Below, piece after piece: positions 1-7,787 of a DNA stretch of 64,000 bases. A program made the translations under genes and the position numbers. Position 1 is the first letter of the stretch. Each line of letters begins with the position of its first letter. The notes beneath the pieces were generated by a model. That model did no database searches. It was not told the origin of the DNA and worked only from the letters and a program-made list of their open reading frames with translations. This DNA comes from an uncultured Alcaligenaceae bacterium (lineage in GTDB: Bacteria > Pseudomonadota > Gammaproteobacteria > Burkholderiales > Casimicrobiaceae), in the NCBI GenBank assembly GCA_964609555.1, contig CAZSTF010000001.1, forward strand, positions 6,119 to 70,118, given 5' to 3'.

Positions 1-337
1 GGAGCACGCGCTTGGGCAATTCGCGCGTGCCTTCGAGGATGAAGGTGTAGGGACCCGGCACACCGCGCTTGAGGATGCGGAAGGCGCTGTTGTCCACCCG
101 CGCATAGCGGCCAAGATCCGCCAAGTCGGCGCAGACCAGCGTGAGATGGTGCTTTTCGTCCACGCCACGCAGCCGACGCAGCGTGGCCAGCGCCTCCGCG
201 TCACCCACGAGGCAGCCCAGCGCATAGGCGCTGTCGGTCGGGTAGGCAATCACGCCGCCGCGGCGCAGGATCTCCGCCGCCTGACGGATGAGCCGCGGCT
301 GCGGATTGTCGGGATGGGCTTGAAAGCGTTGCGTCAT
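1..337 (-). CDS. Sua5/YciO/YrdC family protein (threonylcarbamoyl-AMP synthase-like), runs off the window edge
   Basis: Manual translation from ATG at 337: MTQRFQAHPDNPQPRLIRQAAEILRRGGVIAYPTDSAYALGC, the typical YciO-type N-terminus (HPDNPQ.R, YPTD..Y). Confidence 0.88.
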   Translation of the reverse strand, partial: MTQRFQAHPDNPQPRLIRQAAEILRRGGVIAYPTDSAYALGCLVGDAEALATLRRLRGVDEKHHLTLVCADLADLGRYARVDNSAFRILKRGVPGPYTFILEGTRELPKRVL

Positions 338-367
338 AATGTCCTTATGATTTTACGGAATACCTTG

Positions 368-573
368 GGAAACACTGATCAATTTGCTGCGCAGCCCGAT
401 TGCTTTGTCGCGTGTTGGCTGCGGCCGCTTCGCTTAACCTCGGCTTCGCCGAGGTTAGCCTTCGCCGAAACTCCGTTTTCGCTCATCGCTCGCCTATCGC
501 CTCGATATGTCTCGCTCTTCGCTGCGCGGCTTCGCGCACTCAGGCTTGCTCGCGACAATCGATCAGTGTCTCC
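368..573. mobile_element. 206-bp MITE-like element, copy 1 (IS5-like terminal inverted repeats)
   Basis: Ends are GGAAACACTGATC ... GATCAGTGTCTCC. Internal perfect hairpin TAACCTCGGC-TTC-GCCGAGGTTA (435-457). A similar copy of the same length lies inverted at 35965-36170. Confidence 0.8.
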
Positions 574-603
574 CTCGACGGTCTCCGAAGGGTTGTCCGC
601 CTA

Positions 604-1527
604 GTGAATCTCCAGCACATCAAACTCTTCTGCGCGGTCGTGGAGCACGGTTTCAGTGTTTCCGAGGCCGGTGCCGCCACCTTCACCGCACAGCCGGTGG
701 TCAGCAAGCACATCAAGGCGCTCGAGGACGAGATCGGTCTGTCCCTGTTCGAGCGGCGCGGCAAGCGTTTCATCGGTCTCACACCGGCCGGCGAGGAGGC
801 CTATGCCATCGCGCGGCGCGTCAATGCCGATGCGATCAGCCTGAAGGCGCTGGCCTCCGAACTCGCCAATGCACGCGAGGGGGTGCTCACGATCGCCACG
901 ACGCACACGCAGGCGCGCTACGTCCTGCCGCGCGTCATCATGCAGTTCGCGGCGAAGTACCCTGAAGTCAAGCTCAAGCTGAAACAGGGCAACCCCAAGC
1001 AGTGCGCCGACCACGTGGCCGCCTGCGAGGCCGATCTGGCCATCGCCACCGAGGCGCTGTCGCTCGACCCGCTGCTCGTCACCTTGCCCTGCTACCGCTG
1101 GAACCGCGTGGTCATCGCCCCGCGCAAGCACCCGATCGCCAAGGCGACGTCGCTCACGATCGAGGAGCTCGGGCGCTATCCGCTCATCACCTACGACACC
1201 GCCTTCACCGGGCGATCGCAGATTGACCGCGCGTTCGCAAGCGCCGGGGTGACGCCCAACGTCGCCCTCACCGCGCTCGACAGCGACGTGATCAAGACCT
1301 ACGTGCGTATGAACGTCGGCGTCGGCATCCTCGCCGAGATGGCTTACGACCCGAAGGAAGACGCGGATCTCAAGCGCATCGACGCCTCGCACCTCTTCGC
1401 GCCCTCGGTCACCCGGGTCGGCCTGCGGCGGAACGCCTTCCTCCGCCGCTATGTCTACGATTTCATCGTCCTGTTTGCGCCGTCGCTCAAGCGCAGCACC
1501 ATCGAAACCGCCGTCTTCGGAAAATGA
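604..1527 (+). CDS. cysB: CysB/Cbl-family LysR transcriptional regulator
   Basis: GTG at 604 (MNLQHIKLF...). Motifs LTIATTHTQARYVLP, LPCYRWNR, YPLITYD.AFTGRS.ID and DSDVIKTYV are CysB-typical. The ORF extension back to 400 is MITE sequence. Confidence 0.88.
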   Translation: MNLQHIKLFCAVVEHGFSVSEAGAATFTAQPVVSKHIKALEDEIGLSLFERRGKRFIGLTPAGEEAYAIARRVNADAISLKALASELANAREGVLTIATTHTQARYVLPRVIMQFAAKYPEVKLKLKQGNPKQCADHVAACEADLAIATEALSLDPLLVTLPCYRWNRVVIAPRKHPIAKATSLTIEELGRYPLITYDTAFTGRSQIDRAFASAGVTPNVALTALDSDVIKTYVRMNVGVGILAEMAYDPKEDADLKRIDASHLFAPSVTRVGLRRNAFLRRYVYDFIVLFAPSLKRSTIETAVFGK

Positions 1528-2015
1528 TGCGCACCTTCCGCTTCCCCGCCTCGCTCTTCTTCGGCCTCGCTTTTGGTCTGGTCTTTGGTCTGGCCACGCT
1601 CTCGAGCGGGTTGCTCGCGGCCGCGCCGGTCAATCAGGGGCTGCCGGTGATCGAGCTCACGATCGCCGGGCACAAGCTGCGGGCCGAGGTCGCCGCCGAT
1701 ACGCCTTCGCGCACGATCGGCCTCATGAATCGCTTCTCGCTCAAGCCGGATCACGGGATGCTCTTCGTCTTCCCCGAGCCGCAGCCACTCGCTTTCTGGA
1801 TGAAGAACACCTATGTCCCGCTTTCGATCGCCTTCATCGACGCGAAGGGCGTCATCCTCAATATCGAGGATATGAAGCCGCATGACGAAACCGCGGTGCC
1901 CTCGAAAGGTGCCGCCCTCCACGCGCTCGAGATGAAGCAGGGCTGGTTCCGCGAGCGCGGCATCAAGGCGGGCGACCGCGTGCTCGGGCTCGAGCGCGCT
2001 GGGCGCGGGCGCTGA
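1524..2015 (+). CDS. DUF192 (UPF0127) family exported protein
   Basis: Signal-like N-terminus. Motifs AEVA.....R..GLM.R, GMLFVF and FWMKNT.VPLSIAFID. Confidence 0.85.
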   Translation: MMRTFRFPASLFFGLAFGLVFGLATLSSGLLAAAPVNQGLPVIELTIAGHKLRAEVAADTPSRTIGLMNRFSLKPDHGMLFVFPEPQPLAFWMKNTYVPLSIAFIDAKGVILNIEDMKPHDETAVPSKGAALHALEMKQGWFRERGIKAGDRVLGLERAGRGR

Positions 2016-2060
2016 GCCGCCCGCGCGGCCCTCGGCGACATCGTTACCCCGGCCGCGCAC

Positions 2061-3056
2061 ATGAGCGAGCGCAGCCGCTTCCCCTCGATCGAATCACTGC
2101 TCGCCTTCGAGTCCGTCGTCCGTCTCGGCAGCCTCGAGGCCGCCGCGCGCGAGCTCTCGGTCACGTCAAGCGCCATCGGCAAGCGCATCACGCTGCTCGA
2201 GCGCACGCTCGGCGAGCCGCTCTTCGACCGGGCGAGCCGCGAGCGTCAGCTCACAGCCGCGGGAACGGCCTACATCGAATCCGTCCGCTCGGTTCTCGCG
2301 CAGCTCTCGGCCGTCACGCTGCATCGCCGCGCGGTGCAGCGGCGGCCGCGGCTTCGCGTGGTGACACCGCCCACCTTCGCGCGCGAAGTGCTCGTCCCCT
2401 CGCTCGCTGCCTTCCGACTCGACCCTGCACAACTCGACCTCGAGATCGTCGTGGCGATCCCTTACCTCGATGCCACCGCGCCCGAGGCCGATGTGCGCGT
2501 GAGCTTCGGGCCCGTGGCCGCCGGAGCGGCCGGGGCCGCGGTGGAGGCCGCATCCGTGCGTTCGGCGCAGGGGGTGCCGCTTCTCGTCGAGCCGGTGTTT
2601 GTCGTGGGCCAGCCCGCGTTCATCCGTCGTCACCGCCTCGTGAAGCCGGAGGACGTCCGCCGCGCCCCGCTCATCCGCTGCCCGATCGAGCCGTGGCGGA
2701 ACTGGTCGCTCCATGCGGGCCTTGGCGACTTCGAACCGCTCGCCGGACCGCGTCTCGTCGATCTCGGACTCGCGCTCGAAGCCGCGGCCTGCGGGCAGGG
2801 GCTCGCCCTCGCGCGCGCGGCGATCGCGCGGCGCTGGATCGACTCGGGCCAGCTCGTCGACGTCTTCCCGGGTCTGCGCGCCGAAGCGGGCACGGGCTAC
2901 CGGCTCGAAGTCCTGCGGCCCTCGGCGCAGGCGCTCGCCTTCGCGCAGACCCTCCGTGCCCTCTGCGCGGCGATGTCCGCATCGAGTCCGTCCTCCGCTT
3001 CAAAGGGCACGCAGCGGACGGCGCGTCGCGCTCGTCCGGAAAAATTTTCCGGCTGA
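2061..3056 (+). CDS. LysR-family regulator (GcvA-like), probable regulator of lldD
   Basis: N-terminal HTH LLAFESVVRLGSLEAAARELSVTSSAIGKRI, C-terminal ALEAAACGQGLALAR. Lies directly upstream of lldD. Confidence 0.85.
   Translation: MSERSRFPSIESLLAFESVVRLGSLEAAARELSVTSSAIGKRITLLERTLGEPLFDRASRERQLTAAGTAYIESVRSVLAQLSAVTLHRRAVQRRPRLRVVTPPTFAREVLVPSLAAFRLDPAQLDLEIVVAIPYLDATAPEADVRVSFGPVAAGAAGAAVEAASVRSAQGVPLLVEPVFVVGQPAFIRRHRLVKPEDVRRAPLIRCPIEPWRNWSLHAGLGDFEPLAGPRLVDLGLALEAAACGQGLALARAAIARRWIDSGQLVDVFPGLRAEAGTGYRLEVLRPSAQALAFAQTLRALCAAMSASSPSSASKGTQRTARRARPEKFSG
3036..3052. promoter_or_regulatory. Perfect 8-1-8 palindrome, candidate operator for lldD
   Basis: CCGGAAAA-A-TTTTCCGG, about 95 bp upstream of the lldD ATG. 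Confidence 0.5.
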
Positions 3057-3146
3057 GTTTTCGGCCTCCACCGACCATCGACGCTACGATGCCGCGCAAA
3101 CGGCGTCCCGTGCGGTGACGTCGCACGCCCCCGGAGGAGGAAGCCC

Positions 3147-4304
3147 ATGCCCGTCATTACCTGCATCGAAGACCTGCGCCAGCTCGCGAAGAAGCGCGTG
3201 CCACGGATGTTCTACGACTACGCCGACAGCGGCTCCTGGACGGAGAGCACGTACCGCGGCAATGAGGCGGACTTCCGGCCGATCAAATTCCGCCAGCGCG
3301 TCGCAGTCAACATGGAGAACCGAACCACGCGCACGACGATGATCGGCCAGCCGGTCGCGATGCCCGTGGCGATCGCACCCACCGGCCTCACCGGCATGCA
3401 GCATGCCGATGGCGAGATCCTCGGTGCCCGCGCGGCGAAGAAGTTCGGCATCCCGTTCACGCTCTCCACGATGAGCATCTGCTCGATCGAGGACGTCGCG
3501 CAGGCGACCGACGGACACCCGTTCTGGTTCCAGCTCTACGTGATGAAGGATCGGGACTTCATCGCCAATCTCATCGACCGCGCGAAGGCGGCCGGCTGCT
3601 CGGCCCTCGTGCTCACGCTCGACCTGCAGATCCTCGGCCAGCGGCACAAGGACCTGAAGAACGGCCTCTCCGCCCCGCCCAAGCTCACGCTGCCCAACAT
3701 CCTCAACATGATGACCAAGCCGCGCTGGTGCCTGGGCATGCTCGGCACGCCGCGGCGCGAGTTCCGCAACATCGTCGGCCATGTCAAGGGCGTCTCCGAC
3801 ATGAGCTCGCTCTCCGCCTGGACGGCACAGCAGTTCGACCCGGCGCTCAACTGGGGCGACGTGGAATGGATCAAGAAGCGCTGGGGCGGCAAGCTGATCC
3901 TCAAGGGCATCCAGGACGTCGAGGACGCGCGGCTCGCGGTCGAAAGCGGCGCCGATGCCCTGATCGTCTCCAACCACGGCGGTCGCCAGCTCGATGGCGC
4001 CGAGACCTCCATCCGTGCGCTGCCTGCGATCGTGGCCGAAGTCGGCGACAAGATCGAGGTGCACATGGATGGCGGCATCCGCTCGGGGCAGGACGTGCTG
4101 CGCGCGATGGCGCTCGGGGCCAAAGGCACCTACATCGGCCGCGCCTGGCTCTACGGTCTGGGTGCGATGGGCGAGGCCGGCGTGACGAAGGCGCTCGAGA
4201 TCATCCAGAAGGAACTCGAACTCACGATGGCCTTCTGCGGCCACACGGACATCCGCACGGTCGATCGCTCGATCCTGCTGCCGGGGACGTATCCGACGGC
4301 GTGA
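3147..4304 (+). CDS. lldD: FMN-dependent alpha-hydroxy acid dehydrogenase (L-lactate dehydrogenase)
   Basis: Motifs FYDYADSGS, WFQLYV, SNHGGRQLDG and DGGIRSGQDV. SD GGAGG upstream. Confidence 0.88.
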   Translation: MPVITCIEDLRQLAKKRVPRMFYDYADSGSWTESTYRGNEADFRPIKFRQRVAVNMENRTTRTTMIGQPVAMPVAIAPTGLTGMQHADGEILGARAAKKFGIPFTLSTMSICSIEDVAQATDGHPFWFQLYVMKDRDFIANLIDRAKAAGCSALVLTLDLQILGQRHKDLKNGLSAPPKLTLPNILNMMTKPRWCLGMLGTPRREFRNIVGHVKGVSDMSSLSAWTAQQFDPALNWGDVEWIKKRWGGKLILKGIQDVEDARLAVESGADALIVSNHGGRQLDGAETSIRALPAIVAEVGDKIEVHMDGGIRSGQDVLRAMALGAKGTYIGRAWLYGLGAMGEAGVTKALEIIQKELELTMAFCGHTDIRTVDRSILLPGTYPTA

Positions 4305-4386
4305 CCGCGTGACGGCGGGCGGCGGCTGCGTGGCGAGTCCCGGCGGGCGTGCCCTACCGGATGACGCCTGAAAGTCTCGGGGCGTT

Positions 4387-5241
4387 GTGCTCTCGCTAGA
4401 ACCCGGAAACGTCCATGCGGGCACGGCGGCGCTGGACATCGACGGTGACGGCGCGGTCGATCTGACGCGCGATGCGCTGGTGTTTGCCCGTCATGCGCAA
4501 GGCGTGCGCGGTGCGGCGCTTGTGGCGGGGGTGGGCTTCGTGGGCCCGCGGGGCGCGGCTGCGGCGGTGGAGGCGCATCTGTCGGCGCATTCGACCGTTG
4601 CGGCGGAGTCGGTCATGCATCTGCATCCGGACGTGCGCAGTTCGCCGCTCGCGGCGACGGATGGGTTGGGCGGGCTGCTTTGGCGCGAGGACTACACGGC
4701 GTATGGCGAGCGGCTGAGGCGCGAGCCGCAGGGCACGGCTGCGGTGGGCACGCCGCCTGCGACGGGCCCGCCGGCGAGCAACCGGGCGTGGTTCACCGGG
4801 GCGGTGCACGATGAGGCGACGGGACTCGCGGACTTCGGGGCGCGGGTGTATGACGCGAGCCTTGGGCGATTCCTGTCGATCGATCCGGAGGGGTTTCGGG
4901 AGGGCTCGCCGCACAGCGTTCACCGCACGGGCTATGCCTTCAATGCACCGACGCGTTATGCCGACCCGGATGGGCGGCATCCGGTGCTGCTGGCGATACC
5001 GCCCGCGGCGACGGCGATCTTCAACATCGGCAGTCGGCTGATTCCGTTTGCGCTGAAGGCGATTCCTGCGGCGCTCAATCAGGTGACGCAGTGGGCGCAC
5101 CATCCGGGCACGCATGCGGCGGTGGAGACGGCGGTGTCGATCAACGGGCAACGCCTCACGCGAGAACTTGCGCTTGATCAGTCCGGCGCAGCGTCAGGCC
5201 TCGGAGAATTCTGCGCCAGACTTTCCCCGTGGGTCCCCATC
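4387..5241 (+). pseudogene. Truncated Rhs-family remnant: dockerin-like tag, Rhs-associated core and short C-terminal stub, open in frame into the next gene
   Basis: LDIDGDGAVDLTRDALVFARH..G tag, then FTG...D..TGL..FGARVYDASLGRFLSIDP...YAFNAPTRYADPDG (Rhs core ending in DPxG at 4963-4974). No YD-repeat body and no signal peptide. Confidence 0.65.
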
Positions 5242-6033
5242 ATGAGCATCGAACTGTTCCGCTCGGCCGATCATGTGTGCATGCTGTTCTCCGATCTTGT
5301 CCGGAGCGAGGATGGCGATGCGGTGCAGGCGAATCAATGCCTGATCGTGCATCGCGGGCGCGGCATGTTGCTCGATCCCGGCGGCAACCTGACCTACAGC
5401 GATCTGCTCATGACGATGGGCCGCCATTGCCTGCCCAAGGATCTCGACTATCTGTTTGCGTCGCATGCCGATCCGGACATCGTGGCCTCGCTGCCGCGCT
5501 GGATGCTCAACTCACAGGCGCGTGTGCTGATTCCGTCGATGTGGGCCCGCTTCGTGCCGCATTTCGCCACCGGTCGGGTGGCACCCGAGCGGATCATCGG
5601 TGTCGGCGACCGGGGTGGGCGGGTCAACCTGGCGGGTTGTGAACTGCTGCTTCTGCCTGCGCACTACCTGCACGCCGAGGGCAATCTTCAGGTCTACGAC
5701 CCGGTGTCGAAGCTGCTTTTCTCGGGGGATCTGGGCACGTCGGTTTTGCCCACAGGGCAGCCGGTCACACCGGTCACCGACTTCCGCGCCCACATCACGC
5801 ACATGCAGCGCTTCCACACGCGCTACATGGTGTGCAACCGGGCGCTTCGGCTCTGGGCCGACATGGTGTCCGATCTCGATGTGGCGGGCATCGTGCCGCA
5901 GCATGGTGCTCCGATGCTTGGCCGGGCGATGGTTTCGGAGTTCATCGCGTGGGTGCGGGAACTGCGCTGCGGCACCGACCTGATTGATGAGACGACGTAT
6001 CGCGTGCCGCCGCAGGATGCGCTCGTCGCCTGA
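5242..6033 (+). CDS. Metallo-beta-lactamase-fold di-iron protein (FprA-like / oxygen-binding di-iron ODP type)
   Basis: ATG at 5242. Motifs N..LI......LLDPGG, SHADPDI, AHYLH, LFSGDLG, FH.RYM and PQHG. No flavodoxin domain. Confidence 0.78.
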   Translation: MSIELFRSADHVCMLFSDLVRSEDGDAVQANQCLIVHRGRGMLLDPGGNLTYSDLLMTMGRHCLPKDLDYLFASHADPDIVASLPRWMLNSQARVLIPSMWARFVPHFATGRVAPERIIGVGDRGGRVNLAGCELLLLPAHYLHAEGNLQVYDPVSKLLFSGDLGTSVLPTGQPVTPVTDFRAHITHMQRFHTRYMVCNRALRLWADMVSDLDVAGIVPQHGAPMLGRAMVSEFIAWVRELRCGTDLIDETTYRVPPQDALVA

Positions 6034-6044
6034 GACAAGGGGGC

Positions 6045-6872
6045 TCAGTCGGCGTGGGGAACCACGCCTCCGAGGCGCTCGGTGATCTCACGCGCGGTTT
6101 GCGCGACGAGTGGCCCGAGCTTGAGGATGCGCTCGTCGGTCAGGCGCGCGATCGGTCCGGCGAGCGAGATCGCGCCGAGCGGCTCGCCGTGCTCGTCATG
6201 GATCGCGGCCGCCACGCAGCGCAGGCCGAGGGCGTTTTCCTCGTCGTCATAGCTGTAGCCGCGTTTGCGGATCGTCTCCAGTTGCCGCTCGAGCGCCTTC
6301 GGATCGACGATGGTCTTGGCGGTCAGCGGTTCGAGCGGTGTCGCGCCGAGCACGGCGCGACGAATCTCGGGCGCGAGTGCCGCGAGGATCGCCTTTCCGG
6401 AGCCCGAGGCGTGTGCCGGGATGCGCGAACCCAGGCGCACGAGCATCCGCATGACCTCGTGGCATTGCACCTGCGCAATGAAGCAGACGTGCGAGCCATC
6501 GAGGATCGAGAGATTCGCCGTCTCGCCCGAGGCTTCCATGAGCTGCTTGAGGTGCGGGTGGCTCTCGCCGACGAAATCTCGCGCCGAGAGGAAGGCCGCG
6601 CCGACGCGGTAGGCCTTGAGCCCGATCGACCAGTGCCCGCTCGTCGCATCCTGGTCGACGAAGCCCTGGTCGGCGAGGGTGTTGAGCAGCCGGTGTGCCG
6701 TCGAGGGCGCGAGCTCGGCCCGCGCAGCGATCACCGTCAGCGAGAGCCCGCCCTCGGCTTCGGCCAAGGTTTCGAGCAGGCGCAGCCCGCGCGTGAGGCT
6801 CTGCACGCCGCCGGCGGAGGCGTCTCGCGAGGCAGAGCGTTCCAGACGCTTCGAGGGCGTGGGGCTGGGCAT
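6045..6872 (-). CDS. iclR: IclR-family transcriptional regulator
   Basis: GVQSLTRGL.LLE, STAHRLL.T, LMEASGET.N, QVQC...MRM, HASGSGKA and DDEE...GLRCVAA closely follow glyoxylate-type IclR proteins. Confidence 0.8.
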   Translation of the reverse strand: MPSPTPSKRLERSASRDASAGGVQSLTRGLRLLETLAEAEGGLSLTVIAARAELAPSTAHRLLNTLADQGFVDQDATSGHWSIGLKAYRVGAAFLSARDFVGESHPHLKQLMEASGETANLSILDGSHVCFIAQVQCHEVMRMLVRLGSRIPAHASGSGKAILAALAPEIRRAVLGATPLEPLTAKTIVDPKALERQLETIRKRGYSYDDEENALGLRCVAAAIHDEHGEPLGAISLAGPIARLTDERILKLGPLVAQTAREITERLGGVVPHAD

Positions 6873-7012
6873 GAGGCGGTCGGCGCAGTCGCCGCGATCG
6901 GCGCAATCGGCACACAGGTAGATAGGCGCCGATTCTAGGCAGCCGCCTCAGGTTCTGGAAGGCGATTCTGAGCGGTGGAAACGGCTCGCCCTCGTTTGCG
7001 GGCTCGCCGTGC

Positions 7013-7777
7013 TCAGCGCTTTTTCACGGGTAGGTCCGCGTAGTAGGTGGCGAGCGCCTCCATCTCCTCGCGTGTCAGGCGCGTCGCAAATTCGCGCATC
7101 CCGCGCGCAGCATCGCTGTTGCGGACGCCGCTTTGGTAGTCGAGCAGCGTGCGGAGCAGGTATTTCGGGTTCTGGCCGGCGAGGGCCGCCGCCTCGAACT
7201 TGCCGCCTTGCGCGCGCGTGCCGTGGCAGCTCGCGCACGGCGTGATGAGGCGGCTCGGATCGCCCTTGCGCACGAGCGTTTCCGGATCGAGTGCTTTCTT
7301 CGGGCGCGGCGTGCCGTCCTCGCGCGGGGCGGGCAGACGCTCGTAGTAGGCGGCGAGATCGGCGATCTGCTGCGGCGTGAGCATCACGGCCACGTCGTGC
7401 ATGAGGGCCGCGCCCTGGTTTTCGCGGCGCAGGCTGCGCTGGTAGTCGAGCAGCATCTTGGCCGTGTAGGCCGCGCGCTGCCCGGCCAGATGCGGCCAGT
7501 TCTGCGTGGGTGCAACACCTTCGTTGCCGTGGCAGGAGGCGCAGAAGAGGCTCTGGTTGAGCGTCTTGCCCCGCTCGGCGTCGCCCTTGGGCAGGGCGGC
7601 GAGCGCGGCGCGCAGACTGGCCGGCGTCCACGCCTCGGCAGCCTTGGGGGCACCGGCGGCGGCCGGCGCGGCGTTCGTGGCGTGCGCCGTGCTGGCGTTG
7701 GCGGCGAGCGCAGCCGTGGAGAGGCCGCTCAGGCCGACCACGCCCGCAAGGAGGAGGGAATGGAGCAGGGGTTTCAT
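7013..7777 (-). CDS. Periplasmic diheme cytochrome c (c4-like)
   Basis: ATG at 7777, Sec signal, two CASCHG heme motifs, each followed by LAGQ...Y....L.DY and a distal Met. Confidence 0.88.
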   Translation of the reverse strand: MKPLLHSLLLAGVVGLSGLSTAALAANASTAHATNAAPAAAGAPKAAEAWTPASLRAALAALPKGDAERGKTLNQSLFCASCHGNEGVAPTQNWPHLAGQRAAYTAKMLLDYQRSLRRENQGAALMHDVAVMLTPQQIADLAAYYERLPAPREDGTPRPKKALDPETLVRKGDPSRLITPCASCHGTRAQGGKFEAAALAGQNPKYLLRTLLDYQSGVRNSDAARGMREFATRLTREEMEALATYYADLPVKKR

Positions 7778-7787
7778 GGTGAACCTC

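Noticed and set aside
400-603. 68-residue N-terminal extension of CysB in the ORF track, and the similar ORF at 35857-36159
   Set aside because: Both are translations of the MITE. The LysR HTH begins at GTG 604.
6950-6990. TGGAA half-sites upstream of iclR as a possible autoregulatory box
   Set aside because: No convincing palindrome; the match is too weak.
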